A DNA stretch of 63,163 bases, filler included, from Phoronis australis (Eukaryota > Animalia > Phoronida): NCBI GenBank assembly GCA_002633005.1. It is 4 parts of 4 records of this genome, joined end to end, with 100 filler letters (N's around TTAATTAATTAA, not from the genome) between each part and the next. Parts side by side here need not be neighbours in the genome. Positions count along the whole stretch, not along the records: positions 1 to 19,998 come from NMRA01001433.1; positions 20,099 to 25,954 come from NMRA01002261.1; 2 more parts are not named here. The stretch is one strand, 5' to 3'. Each line of letters opens with the position of its first letter. Position 1 is the stretch's first letter. A model generated the notes under the pieces. The model did not search any database, was not told the origin of the DNA, and saw only the letters and a program-made list of their open reading frames with translations. This document shows positions 12,796-26,054 of the stretch, in pieces. The position numbers and the translations under genes were made by a program.

Positions 12796-15700
12796 ACAGT
12801 GGTACCTACTTGTACCTATATTTTGACGATAGTCTTCATAAAGCTACCTGGCTGGATAACGGGTGCACTGAGTTAAAATAAACACATATACCATGATGCT
12901 GAAGACAATTTAGTTAACATAACTTCAGACATATCCGTAAATAAAAGTTATGTTGAGTTTCTCTAGCTCTTCCCTCGCCGGACGTGACCTATTAAGCTTG
13001 CCATACCAATACTAATCGCGCGCAGTTGACGACGACCAAGAAGTGAGCTTGGAATTCTTCGCGAACTCCATCATAATACCCATTGTGCTTCACGGAGAGT
13101 ATGCATAGAATCACAAAGGGTCACCGACGAAGGTAAGCGCTTTTATCAATGATAGAATGTGGGAATGTATTTTGACGGTGTAAAAATTCCCACTAGGTGG
13201 CCGGAATTGGATTACCGGACATTTGAACTAAATCGAAATGCGCACATAGCCTGAAGGGCAATATTGTGGCCCCAATTCTAAACTAGTAGGGGTTATGCGA
13301 TGACTAATTGTTCGGATTAATCCATTTCGTATATAACTAAATTACGCACGTGAAATAATGAATGAATGAGTTCGTATGAGCGTTTAACCTGACACTGACA
13401 GAATTGTGTTTACGTGTATGGTTTTACATAAGTGTAACAAGAAGGCTCAGTATTGCCGGTGCAATTTTCTGGTGCTACGATGAACATTGAATATTAACAC
13501 TGATGGTAACAAGAATGGTGCAGTACGCGTGTGGTATTTTGCTTTACATTTTGTGTCATTATACGTGAACTGCACACGTGGTCTCGACTCAACACTTCAT
13601 TAATCATGCTGCATGATTGGAGCATATAAAGTTGTGAATTTTCGAGTCGAGCTTTGAGTGCAGAGACGTGAACCCATGTCATAATGTTGTAACGCTCTCA
13701 TAAAAGTGATATTACTGTGTGCTGCTTCACTGCGTTTTATTTCACACTGACATCGTTTTAACTGAGAATAACAGTTTGCATAACTCGCTGGAGAAAGACA
13801 AATCCAAACTTATTCATCATTTAGTGCTAGAGGAGAATGTGCAACTCTGACTTTCAGAAGACTTTAAAAGCTTTATGTCGCAGTTGATGGTTATTTTGCA
13901 ATTTATTATTAAAAAATTACACCACCATGATCTAGTCTTGCTCATGGTTGTAGAAATGAAGTCGAGAAACTTAGTAACGTTGACGGGCTCGCCAAAACAG
14001 GACACAGGTTGATCCCCTCACCACAACAATTCTTTTTATTTTTAATTCCATGGGTAAAGGCAAAACCTCATTTTTCGATGGGTAAAAATGAAATTTCATT
14101 GTCCGCATTCTGGTGGTGTTAATTAGTTCGTAGTAAATGCGCGGCACTGAGCGACAGCTATCTGGGTAGTTTACTCATGTGAATTTCCAAGTACGGAAAT
14201 CAATACAGTCCGAAACTTCGACATATTTTCGGCTTGCACGAAGCCGGCAAATCGCTAAAGGCTGGAACGAGGCAACGAGGGTTGACCCGCCTTCCAACAA
14301 GGGTTTAGATTGGTCGCTTCGTTATAATAATTCTGTTTTAGTTTTAATTCTAGTTTGATGTCCGCTGGCTAATGTTAAAACGTGTAACCTCACAGTGTAT
14401 ACTGTGCTGATGTTAGTTCACACTCACAGTAAATACGCAGCACTAAGGAAGTCAATACAGTCAAGAAGTCGACTGTATTTTCGGCTTGCACGAAGACGAC
14501 TGCGCGTAGGAAGCTGGAACGAGGTTATCAGCACTATGGATTAATCATGTAACATGAGCTCTCATTGGATAACAAAACAAAGAAATATTTAGACGTTCCG
14601 ATTGAATGGAGAATAACATTAAAACATACCCGTATGATAGGATCTGTTCCATCGATTGAAAAATGCCTCTGCGTTTAGCGATTGATACACTCATTACAAC
14701 ATACTAAATGCATGCTTGCCACAAAAATTCGGCACACGTTTTCATATCGTCTTTCCACAGAGCCACATTACCATATGGGTGACGTTGTGACTTAGGGTAG
14801 CCTCGACTTCACCACTGCATCACCCTCACGACTGAACTTTTGTACCTGATCATTGTATTTTAAAGTGATATTTGACACGTGTATGGGACACCAAGAGAGC
14901 GTTTTACACTCTATGTAGTGTTGTTAAGAAGCGTCGCAACTTCTCTGAGGTTTGACTAGTTAAAAATCACCGAACATACTGAAAGCTTTTGGATGCAGAG
15001 AACGTCTACTGCTTGAATAAGTCTTAGATATTCTACAACTTCTAGGAATAAAATTTTACTCATCAAAGACGGGAACAAAAATGCACAAGGCCGCAATGAC
15101 CAAGGCCAGCCAGTACAATGATAAATGCTTGTGGATATTAAGAGCCCATTCTGTAGAAAATACACTCGAAAAACGCAAGAGCACGCACGTCTTCGCGATC
15201 GCCATTCATTACAAGGGAACACCTGGAACCACTAGCTTTACGCCCCACATTTGTGCTCAGGTACTCAGCTACCTTCGTTACCAAGATTGGCTTAATAAAA
15301 TACATATGCAAATATATTTTCAAAATCTTTGATTATCACAGAACCTTAATTTTGTTAAGTATATAAAAGCAATGTCCAGGTTTTCGTAATCACATGATGG
15401 TGCTTTTATTTTAAAAGAATCGGGATTATTCACGGTGATCGCCGTATTTTCCACAGTCAAATGTTATTTTTGCATGGAACTTGGAAAGTTTCAACCCGAG
15501 AACTAGACTGCTCAAAATCCCGACTTGTGTTAGCGTTAAGGAATGTTGACGGAGGGAAGAGGCCTTTAAAATCCCAAACACGCTTTTGCAGCTTGTAATA
15601 GAGTAAAGAAATAGAATTTGCCAGTTCCATGCAAAAAATTGTGTCTGTAAAAATTACACCAGTCTCCGTGAACAATATAGACTTTTAGTAAACGCAGTCA

Positions 15701-17260
15701 CATTATTACAGGTATCAAGTCATTTTGAGCACACAATACCGCAGGACTCATTTTAACACTCGTGTATTCTGCGCACTCAACGAAAGGGTTGGCTTATTAG
15801 CTTTGGTGTTTGACTAGTAAAAGGTCAATCAATAGTTACGGCTGCATTTGAGGTAAGAAGACTTAAGTTTCAATAAGCTTGAATGCAATTTTCCTCGTCT
15901 TCACAGGGTGCAGAAAGACTGAAAGTTGAAGTATACTCGGTCCAAGTCTTGGGAACTTGTCCTTAAGGTCATGTTGTTCGACCTTATTGACAGTTCTGCG
16001 TATTTAGACCGGTGTTTAGAAAACTATAGATGTTAACTCATTAAAAGTATACATTTTCCAAAAGTAGAAATACCGTAAGATTTGGTTTTTGGATTTACTC
16101 TATACCAATCTGCCACTAAATAAGTCACGCGACCAAGCTTTTTAGGGGAATTTAGTAAAAAAGCAAGGTGCATTCATGACAAAAATGTTCAAGATAAATC
16201 TCAAAAACGCTGTTATAATTTTCTAAATTATCGTTTCGTTTCTGTTTTATGCAATTGTAATTTTTTCATAAAACTCATTCAATCCTATTTTTGATACACT
16301 GTAAACTCAGTCTTGCAAAATTGGAACATGCAAAAAACAATTTGTTACCAGCTCTTGGAGAATAGTGCATTTTCATGTGAGTCCGACCATCCATTTCTGA
16401 GATATGGTGTTCCGAAATGGGCAAAATTGGACAATTTTCAACCTCCGACACAACCATAGGGTATTTTTGACCAAATAATTTGAAAACGAAAAAAATATAT
16501 ACGTTTTATTAACTTGGGCCAAAACAATTTGAGTTTAAAGTCACTATTTCCTTTACTTTCGCCTGCTTAGATCACAAATTGAGCTTTGCCAATCGAAAGA
16601 TATCACTAAAATTAACTCTTTTCGTAAATTACAGCCATGTACATACTCTCGTTATTTTACTATTAATTTTTTTAAATTTATAAAAAGTGGGCGGACTTTC
16701 AGCCAAACCTCATTATTTATGCGGGGTTGCCAGTGGAGAGATTACCCATAATGCACACGAATCAGCTGACGGAAGAGAAACATGTCAAGCAAGCGGTCGA
16801 GGTGAGTTAGGTGTTTTGGGACTTCTTGCCAGCTAAGCAAGAAATCAGAATGTACAAACATTTGATTCTTACTCGTAAACAGCAAGATTAATTTGTTCTG
16901 AACCTCGGTTCTCTCAACTATTTCTGTCGCTATCCCGAGTCATTCGAAGTCGACGTATCCGTGTACTTGTCTATTACATAATATACAGGCTACAGCCTCG
17001 TGAGTTGTGTTCAATTTTAAACCTGCAATCGAGTCTTAGTGATACATGACTTCGTCGAGCTTGGTTGTTAACGTTTCCTCTTCTGGGAGATTATGTACAA
17101 CTCGGAGGTGCACGATATCAGTTGCTTACGAAAAATAAGTTTCCTGCGTGACACTGTGATGTTCAATTTCCAGGCCCTGGGACTGCATGGGTTTGCAATT
17201 ATACAGCTCTGGACCTAGTGCATGGGGTAGAAACGATTCCATGGCTGCATCTCTAAATTA

Positions 17261-17616
17261 CATTGGCGGATTGAGGATACCTTAAGGGGGGCGGGCAACA
17301 TTTTGTCTTGGGCAAGTGTGGTTTACGATTGAATGCGAGAACCCAGCCCGAAAAATTGGGTTGCTCGAATTTCTGGTCCTCGTACTACAAAGCTAACAGT
17401 GGACTAAAAAAAACAAAAAAATGAGAAGGCGTTTACGCAGGTCCCCTGATACGATCGGGTCCGAGCCCCCCCCCCACAGCCACATGTTTTAACTTAAAAG
17501 TACTGAGATTAATTAGTGGACTCGATATTTCCTCGCGCTCTCTTGCCGTTTTGCTTCTTTTGCGACAGCCAAGGGGGGGGGGGGCGGCCCCCTGTCCCCC
17601 CCTAAATCCACCTATG
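17261..17616. mobile_element. hAT5-like MITE nested in the KolX intron
   Basis: cattggcggatt .. aatccacctatg TIRs; perfect 5-bp TSD aatta. Confidence 0.8.
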
Positions 17617-18054
17617 AATTAATCCAAAACCCAATCCTAAACCAGTAGATGATTTCCAATCTGATAGTCATACAGTGGTTGTCTTTGTACTTGTTGGCAA
17701 ATAAATCCTACAACAATACAAACAAAAGTTATAAAAATTGTTCTCATTACTGTGAATGTTGTCACTGAATTACTCTCACTTTAGGGTCGAATCAGTCGCA
17801 TGAATAAAAGAAGGAATTGAGAGACCTAATGTTGGATGTCGCCAAGCAAGACCCCCGCGTCTAGAATTTAGGCTACCAGAGGTCACTTCACTGGATCATT
17901 ACCCAGCACCATCAGAAGATGCATCATGGTGCCCGTGTCACAGGTGTCAAGAAATGCCAACCAGAAATAAAAGTGTGCTGTGGGAAGCAATCTGCTAACT
18001 GCGTTTCATTATTACCTGTAAGTATTCACTAAACCGTTGTCTAAAAATTTAATC

Positions 18055-18790
18055 NNNNNNNNNNNNNNNNNNNNNNNNNNNNNNNNNNNNNNNNNNNNNN
18101 NNNNNNNNNNNNNNNNNNNNNNNNNNNNNNNNNNNNNNNNNNNNNNNNNNNNNNNNNNNNNNNNNNNNNNNNNNNNNNNNNNNNNNNNNNNNNNNNNNNN
18201 NNNNNNNNNNNNNNNNNNNNNNNNNNNNNNNNNNNNNNNNNNNNNNNNNNNNNNNNNNNNNNNNNNNNNNNNNNNNNNNNNNNNNNNNNNNNNNNNNNNN
18301 NNNNNNNNNNNNNNNNNNNNNNNNNNNNNNNNNNNNNNNNNNNNNNNNNNNNNNNNNNNNNNNNNNNNNNNNNNNNNNNNNNNNNNNNNNNNNNNNNNNN
18401 NNNNNNNNNNNNNNNNNNNNNNNNNNNNNNNNNNNNNNNNNNNNNNNNNNNNNNNNNNNNNNNNNNNNNNNNNNNNNNNNNNNNNNNNNNNNNNNNNNNN
18501 NNNNNNNNNNNNNNNNNNNNNNNNNNNNNNNNNNNNNNNNNNNNNNNNNNNNNNNNNNNNNNNNNNNNNNNNNNNNNNNNNNNNNNNNNNNNNNNNNNNN
18601 NNNNNNNNNNNNNNNNNNNNNNNNNNNNNNNNNNNNNNNNNNNNNNNNNNNNNNNNNNNNNNNNNNNNNNNNNNNNNNNNNNNNNNNNNNNNNNNNNNNN
18701 NNNNNNNNNNNNNNNNNNNNNNNNNNNNNNNNNNNNNNNNNNNNNNNNNNNNNNNNNNNNNNNNNNNNNNNNNNNNNNNNNNNNNNNNNN
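18055..18790. other. Assembly gap (N-run)
   Basis: Run of N. Confidence 0.99.
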
Positions 18791-19019
18791 NAAACCAAAA
18801 GAGAGTAAATCCTCTTAAAAGAGGAAAATTACAAGCCTTGACAGTTTCCAAATTGACACTACACAAACTGCCCATGGCAGAGTTTGAAGGTTGACGGCCT
18901 GACTGAACATGTTAACTTCTGCATAACTGGATGTATCATGACTGTAAACCAAACTGTAGTACCAGATGATCCTCTGCAACAAACTAGGGCACATGACTGC
19001 ATAACACCCAGTTGCCATA

Positions 19020-19930
19020 TCATCTTAAATAACCTCTGTCAGGCAGCTTCTTTGACGCATTGACTTCTACTGATCGCAATCATTCGAAGACGGCAATGTT
19101 GTCAGACAACAAGCGGGAGTCATTTTGCTTTCATGTTCATGGAAGCAGTGCATGTCTGATATGTCTTTTAACCGGGTTTTCACAATCATCAGCCCGTCAT
19201 AGCTCTTAGAAGCCTTCACCGGAATGGACAACCATCTCCTGCTCTTCTTGTTGAAGATAAGTTGCTCCCCTAGAAAGAATAACAATTGTTTCAATGTCAT
19301 TGCCAGACACGAAAATGAATGCCGCAGCATTGATTTACCCTGAAACATGAAGAGTGTGAAACATATGAAACTGTACAAACAATTAGTACATTATGCACCT
19401 CTTTCAGTGTTTTAGAAACTTTTTCGAAGTCGTTTCAAACACTGGATAACATNCAAATAACAGCATTTGTCACAGGGTGGCTGAATTGTTCCCCACCACA
19501 AATTAGCATTTAGCAGGTGGTTCATACACTATTTAAAGAATAGGGCGTTCAAAATGAGTTTTCTAATTAATGAAGGCATCCATGACCAATGACTATTTCT
19601 ATGACCTTAAGTCAAATCGCTGTTATGGTGTGGAATGTTACTGTGGTCTGTAATAAAGTCTATTCCATCTTACACCATGTCTTAACTTTCTTATTCGGCC
19701 AGGACAGGTAGCTTTCAGGGCTGTTGTTAGCTAAAAAAATGGTACACTTTACTTGGGCGTCCAAAAGCTAAATGGGGCAACCTACCTAATGTGTCTAAAT
19801 TTATGACGGGTTGTGTAGTTGGACACCCTAGATGCCACCTAGATGAAGGCCTGCACCTGGGGCTGCCGCCCAGGACCCGCCGAAGGCCACCAAATGTTCA
19901 AAGCTGTGTCTCTGCTATGCCCATCAGGAT
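19020..19930 (-). pseudogene. Kolobok transposase C-terminal remnant
   Basis: FNKKSRRWLSIPVKASKSYD..IVKTRLKD (ORF 19067-19378) and a YEPP motif near 19520. It is convergent with the KolX-like remnant, as is typical for Kolobok. Confidence 0.65.
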
Positions 19931-19998
19931 GTGATAGTTTTCAAGGCTTTCATAATTTTAAATGGTAATGATTTTGAAACCAATCTTAATGAAAGCCT

Positions 19999-20098
19999 NN
20001 NNNNNNNNNNNNNNNNNNNNNNNNNNNNNNNNNNNNNNNNNNTTAATTAATTAANNNNNNNNNNNNNNNNNNNNNNNNNNNNNNNNNNNNNNNNNNNN
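19999..20098. other. Synthetic scaffold linker 44N-TTAATTAATTAA-44N
   Basis: The identical 100-nt structure also occurs at 25955-26054 and 38948-39047; the 12-mer has stops in all six frames. Confidence 0.95.
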
Positions 20099-20562
20099 CG
20101 GATGGATTCAGGAACGCTATCTGTTTTTTATAAGTAAACTATATCATAACTCTTTTGTTTCAACCATTTAAAAAGTTGAGATCGCTTTTTTTCTGAATTA
20201 ATGCCTCGGACATAGACGAGCACTTAATGTTAACTATATGGGATTTTACTAGGGTTGTGGAGGTATCCTTTAACGGTTACGCTGAAAATGACTGACATGA
20301 AAAGCTTAAATGTAGATTCAAGATTTAAAAAACATCTGCACATACAGAAAGGCACATAAAAGGAAAAGGGGGGGCGAAATGGAAAACATGATCGTACTCG
20401 CAAGGCGATATCACCGGACATTTCTTGAAATGGAGATCCAAAACGTTCAAGTGTCACGTAGAACAACGGTTTATATCGCTAGCAGCATGGAGATAGAGCA
20501 ACAGGTAATACATGGATATATCAAATTCTTACATGGACTTTTCAATTTTCACTTTATTTCAG

Positions 20563-20772
20563 GGATTTCCGGTTTTCAAGATCCTGTACAACGTGGACAA
20601 AGACAAGAATGGCATAATCAACCCAAGGGAAATGAAGCTGTTATACGGAATTCTCAAGGGGGTTATCAAAAACCTCAAGTTTTCAGTCAAGCTGAAGGTC
20701 GCTGTCAAAATTGTCGTCCGTCGTTTAGGGTTGCGTGACTACTATGAATATGGAGAAGATAAGAACATCTAA
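20563..20772 (+). CDS. Terminal coding exon of an EF-hand calcium-binding protein with a cationic amphipathic C-terminal tail
   Basis: Strong acceptor ttttcactttatttcag|GGA (phase 0); intact frame to TAA; canonical 12-residue EF loop DKDKNGIINPRE flanked by helices. Upstream exons were not identified. Confidence 0.75.
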   Translation, partial: GFPVFKILYNVDKDKNGIINPREMKLLYGILKGVIKNLKFSVKLKVAVKIVVRRLGLRDYYEYGEDKNI

Positions 20773-20823
20773 AGACCATCAGCATTTCGCTTATTACAAA
20801 CTTGTTATGATTTAATCAATTAA

Positions 20824-23800
20824 GAGGCAGTCCATATAAAAACCAGTAGATTTTCAAAAATCAGTCTATACGTCAAAATTTAAAACAACTTCATTTTTTG
20901 TACATGGGTAGGTATCCTAACAAAAACCCAAATGCCAAATTTTGTGCACTCAATGACCCCTAATTTTGCCGCTGGAGCATGATAACACAAATTGGCACAA
21001 TTGGGCATATTAGCCGTCTCAAACATCGCATTTTTTCAGCAACAAAAATGAGTAACATACAAAATGGATCAAAAGCTATATTTTGGTGGCTGAAATAACC
21101 AACGTATACTGTGCATAATTCTGTGCCATTTATTAAAATCTAACAGTTTTGTGCTAGACAGGGGAGATAATCCACTGACCATTTTTGGAGCTAATTTTAG
21201 TGGTCATTTTTGTGCCATAAAACACATTGTAGCCTTATGTGACGTTTTGAACATACAGTTAAAGAGTTAGTCTTGATGACTAAGCAATAAAAAATCTTGC
21301 CTCAACTTTGCACTTTAGTGAAAATTGTCTTGCAAAACTGTCTATTTTCATAGTTTGGAAATGACGAGCAGAATTTACAGACCATTTGAGCAAACTTTTA
21401 GGCAAGAAGTCTGCATTAATAGTTATAGAAACCATGTTTAAACTCTTTCAAATGAAAACAAGATGTTTTCCGGGTTTATTACGCGGCTAGTATCAAAACT
21501 GAACCCGATTACCTTTGCCCACTGAGGGAGTCCTTTGAGGTTAAGCTTGAGGATATATAAAAATGTACGTGTAACCCTCTTGTATTCTTTCATTTCTTTT
21601 ACATCATCAGGTTAATTTAAACACTCTGCAGGACTTTTGAATTGAAATAAATGCCTTTAAGATTAAAGGAGTAAGAATTGATATTTTTAATGACTGGTTT
21701 TGAGAGAAGCAAGTGCATTTTAAAAAGACAAAATAGCGAACGATGTCGATGGGTCTTCATGTTCCTTTAGAATTTATTCAGTAAAAAATCCGATCACAAA
21801 AGCTTTGTGCTTTAGTGAGTTATGTCAAAGACACCACTTAACATTTGAAATACAGGAAACTACCTCACAAAGCAAGGTCTGTGCCAGAGTACGGTCTCGT
21901 ACTACCCAGAGTCGGTGGATTTCTGACTGAACAGGACCAGTCATGGAAGAGTCAGGTAATGCTGGATGTTACCACTCTGCTCCTCTCCTCTTGAATGTAG
22001 GAGCCTTGTCAAATTCTACCGGCATTTCTGTTTCGAGATATGACTTTAGTGGGAGTCAGAATGGAAAGGATCTCTGTGATCGCAAGATCGCTCCACTCAA
22101 ACAACATGCAAAGTACTTTGTAGCCGAAGGTAAAGCAATATCATAAACTTTCTGGATTTGAAAGAAGCATTACTTTCCAGTGGCCGTGTGAAGGGATGTT
22201 ATGTGTATGCATGTCCAGTCAATGCAACAAAGCCTTTTTCAAAATACTCAGTTCCTGGTATAAGCACATTCCCAAATTCTTACTATTCCACCCAAGGAAT
22301 TCGCGTGTGGAAATCATTCCATCAGGTGACGGTAAGTTCTTACAGATACTGAGAAAATGGGAAACCTATTTCTCTAAAATACACTAACATATCTAGACAT
22401 GGCGGATTTTCAACACCAGGAGTTAAGGCAGTTGGCATTGTACCTAGTGAAGAGCCTCAACAAAAGTTCCCTTGTACCCAGCAAGGTTACTCGAAACTTG
22501 TTGCTACAGACGCAGAACTAGGTCAGTATTTGGATGTGGGTAACCACACTGAATATTTACAGAGGGAAACCACGTATGAACACATCGCACGAAAGTGGTC
22601 AGAAAGGCTCTCAGATGCAAGAACCGGAGCGTCATTTGAGGCAGCCTCAGAATACTATTTGGATGAGACGAATGCTGAAGCAATAGGTTAGGCATTGAAA
22701 AAAGGTAAAAGGTCAACAAGATTTTCAGCAAAGGTTAAGAACTTTCTGACGAACATATTTGATGAAGGAGATAAGTCAGGTAAAAACGTTCACCCTCGGA
22801 AGTGCCAAAATGGAGAAAACATTACGAGAGGGCCCCAATGGAAAGCAGTGTGAACTGATGGGGCTACCCTCATTGTAAATATTACATTAATAAATATATA
22901 AATAAATAGAACCCACTGGGAAAGTGTTTACAACTGTACCTGTGATGTTAAGTAAATCGCAGATTGGTGGGTTTTTTGAGGTTGTCTGCAGCAATGTTTA
23001 TGACATTGCTATTTCTGCTGAATATGCTGTTATGTCGTCAGATTTATTGAATGAAGTGGTAAATGAGCTCAACGTTTAGCCTAGTGTTGTAGCATACCAC
23101 TCAAAGATGTGTGATATATGAAGTCGAGACCGTTACTTCTGTTTACTTCATGTCTGTCGTGAATGAGTCATTAATAAAATTGTCTCTCGTGAATTATTTT
23201 CTATTGACTGTGAATGTGTACCTTTTTATACCACTGATGATCACATTAGCAGAAATATTCAGCGTTAAGGTGCCCGGTGTGTGGGGGGAACACCAGATTT
23301 CTGGCCACTGGTGGCGACTAAAATTTGCCATTTTAGCAACCAGCAGGGACATTACAATATGAACCCAAAGTTACAATGACTATTGACAAGTTGAAGGATT
23401 TTTTGTTCTGAACATTAGGGGGCCATATCCACCTTGGGTGCCTTCCATTGCCTGTGGCACGAATAAGGCAGATAGAAAACAAGGCAGGGGTGAGCTCAGT
23501 AACACTAGAACCTCTCTAAAATTTATCCAAAACCATGTGTTCTCGTTTAAAATGCAGAGCCATATCTCTCGAAGTCTTGAATTATAGCAAGGTCCTCGTG
23601 TTACTGCTCTTATTCTAGATGCTCTTCAGTCTCTACGTAAACAAAAGCAGCGCCATCTATCATTTATAAGCACGCATGCCAGTTGATTTACGTACATATT
23701 TTTTTGTAATAAGCAATAATCATCAATGTCGTTTTCAGAGAATGGTAATTAATAATGCAGTCTGCCTTTTCTCCAAAATACAAGGTTTTTATGTCGTGTT

Positions 23801-24396
23801 TCGAAAGCTAATTATATGTTGCAAGAGCCCCCTATTGGCAGCAGAGGCAACTAAGAACATGCAAAAGGACGAAGTGCAGTTCGTGTTATGCTTCGTACGC
23901 AAAAACTACATTAGAGGCAAGATTTTTTATTTTAGATTATGAACAGGTTAGGAATGATTGAACAAATTATTATAAAGTCAATTTCAGGAAAGTTGCGTTA
24001 TGGCTGCTACAGAGTGACAAATTTGGCCGAAAATGGCTTCAGTGAAAACCTGAAAAATAGCCGTTTTTGCCTCACAAATTCAAAACCTACAAATTTAAAA
24101 ATGGATTTTGAAAGTTATGTCATTAAATTATTCGTCCATTTCCCTTTCAATTCGTATTATTCATTCGTTTTGACCTTAACATACATGCTAGTAAAATGCA
24201 TTCAAACATGCCTACTTCGACGCCCAATTTTGATGCAAAATGGAGGTACAGGTCATAAAAAGAAAAATAATGAATGAAAATTCTTAAAAAGTGAGGTTTT
24301 TCTACATCTCAACAAACCAAACTCATGTGCTAAGTTTCAAAAAATCGGTGATTTTGGGTATAGACTCCACCTGTTGGTTTTTATATGGAGTCACTC
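20824..24396 (+). mobile_element. Sola3-like DNA transposon, internally deleted, both termini present
   Basis: TTAA TSD (20820-20823, 24397-24400); 5'-GAG..CTC-3' termini; TIR gaggcagtccatataaaaacca vs gagtgactccatataaaaacca, plus a second inverted block agtctatac..caaaat. Confidence 0.85.
21830..23080 (+). pseudogene. Sola3-like transposase pseudogene
   Basis: SGNAGCYHS (decayed SDNAGCYH), RYDFSGSQNGKDLCDRKIAPLK, G*ALKK..RFSAKVKNFLTNIFDEGDKSG and SQIGGFF motifs, with many stops and frameshifts. Confidence 0.8.
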
Positions 24397-24483
24397 TTAA
24401 GCGTTTCAAGAGCGAATAATGAAGCAAGTCAAACTGACCGCATCTGGTTGTGATATTACTTCACTAAGGAAATGACTCGCCTG

Positions 24484-24742
24484 CATGCGCGAACCCAGAA
24501 GGCTTGAGGTTCTCGAACGAACTCCCCCCCCCCCTCACGGCCATTTGGGTAAGTGCGCAAAAAGGTCCGCCTCAGAGAAACAAAAAGTGGGAGAAAACGA
24601 GACAAAAGTCCACTAAAAGGGCGCGAATGCATAATTCTGAGCGTGGTACCCAGTTTTTGAGTCCTCGTTTTTAGTCTCCCCTTTTTAATCCATATTCTCA
24701 TAAACTCTAGCCAACCTATAATTTCGGCTGGGTGCGCACATG
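24484..24742. mobile_element. Old hAT-like MITE
   Basis: catgcgcgaacccag / ctgggtgcgcacatg inverted ends; TSD not clean. Confidence 0.5.
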
Positions 24743-25954
24743 GTCTTTGAACTAGATATAGTTTATTACATACAGAGCCACGAGTGACATACACCAATCA
24801 TGGACAGTACTACGATTCCTCAGTAGCGCAGGACAGCCGCGAGAATTCTTAGCTCTCAGCATTTTCAGTAATCAACATGTAGTAGTACGGTCTCAAGCTT
24901 TCTCGCAAAACTCTTGCATTCAATCGCTTGTATAATTTCGCTATTTTTTTTCTTTTTAAACCACCCTAGCTACAGTGAATGCCGGTCCTGTTTTTTTTTT
25001 TTGAACAAAGGAACATTCAGTCTTTCCCAGTGGTTGAAAGTTGTGATGCATTGTGGGAAATGTGTACCGTTGAGATTAAGATGAACTACAGAGCACGATG
25101 ATTGGCCGTACTTTTCATTTCAGTACCTGGACCACCTTGTTTAAGACAGACATTCAACCAAAGCAAGCGCGCCAAGACACACTTCATAGTCTTGTAACGC
25201 CTTGCGACTGCGATCAATACCACTGCGGACAAGTTATTACAAATCTGGTCTACCAATAAGAAACTGTAACAAGGGGTTTTCAGATGTGTCTCTCACACAC
25301 TTAGAAAAGTTGTAATAAGAGAATACCAAATCCGGTAAAAGGTACTAAAAACGAATTTCCCATCCATTTTTCTGAACAAAATAGTGCTCCACCACTCTAA
25401 GAGGTTTGGAAGAAAAGTTGAACACTAGTTTCAAAATCTGCTTAGCCGACAAGCGTGACCTATGTTTTAGCAAATGCCACAGCAACTATGGGAAAAAACA
25501 CCCACCAAGGACAATAATGTCCAATATGTGAGAAAATGTTAATGCATGCACAGTAAAAATCGCCGTGTAAAAGTGTAAAATGGTAAACTGCTTGAAAGAT
25601 CACCAGAATTTGGGTATGAAGGGTTTGAAAGCCTATAGATGGTCAGCCCACTTGTACAATGAAGGCCTTCCACACTCTAGCGACCTCTAGCAGCCGCGCA
25701 AGTCTCCATCACGGACAAAGATAAGAGCCCTCGTCGTCATACATGTATAACGTATCGCAATACAAAAATTTCAACTTTGAAAGCAACACTTGAGTTCGAA
25801 CCCGGAGAATTCGTAATCAGGATTCGGCTATGCGAATACCAAATAAAAGTCACAAGGCTTGCCTAACATAACTGAATAGCAATTTACAAAAACAACAAAA
25901 CGCCGCGATATCACAGGACTTAGCACAGACATCTTTTCTGTTGCCACTTCTCCT

Positions 25955-26054
25955 NNNNNNNNNNNNNNNNNNNNNNNNNNNNNNNNNNNNNNNNNNNNTT
26001 AATTAATTAANNNNNNNNNNNNNNNNNNNNNNNNNNNNNNNNNNNNNNNNNNNN
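25955..26054. other. Synthetic scaffold linker gap
   Basis: 44N-TTAATTAATTAA-44N. Confidence 0.95.

Larger units (their letters stand above)
16782..18894 (+). pseudogene. KolX-like (P2X7 C-terminal Cys-rich domain-like) accessory gene remnant of a Kolobok transposon
   Basis: Exon 16782-16801 MSSKRS|gtgagt. Exon 17785-18017 (tttag..gtaagt) encodes WCPCHRCQEMPT..KVCCGKQSANCVSLLP with stops and a frameshift. After the gap, NQKRVNP..PN*HYT resembles the family's C-terminal NRRVIP..G.YTG motif. Confidence 0.7.

Noticed and set aside
13026-13132. Exon-like segment with a gtaagc donor as an upstream exon of the EF-hand gene
   Set aside because: The frame ending in phase 0 contains a TAG; it could be untranslated but cannot be supported.
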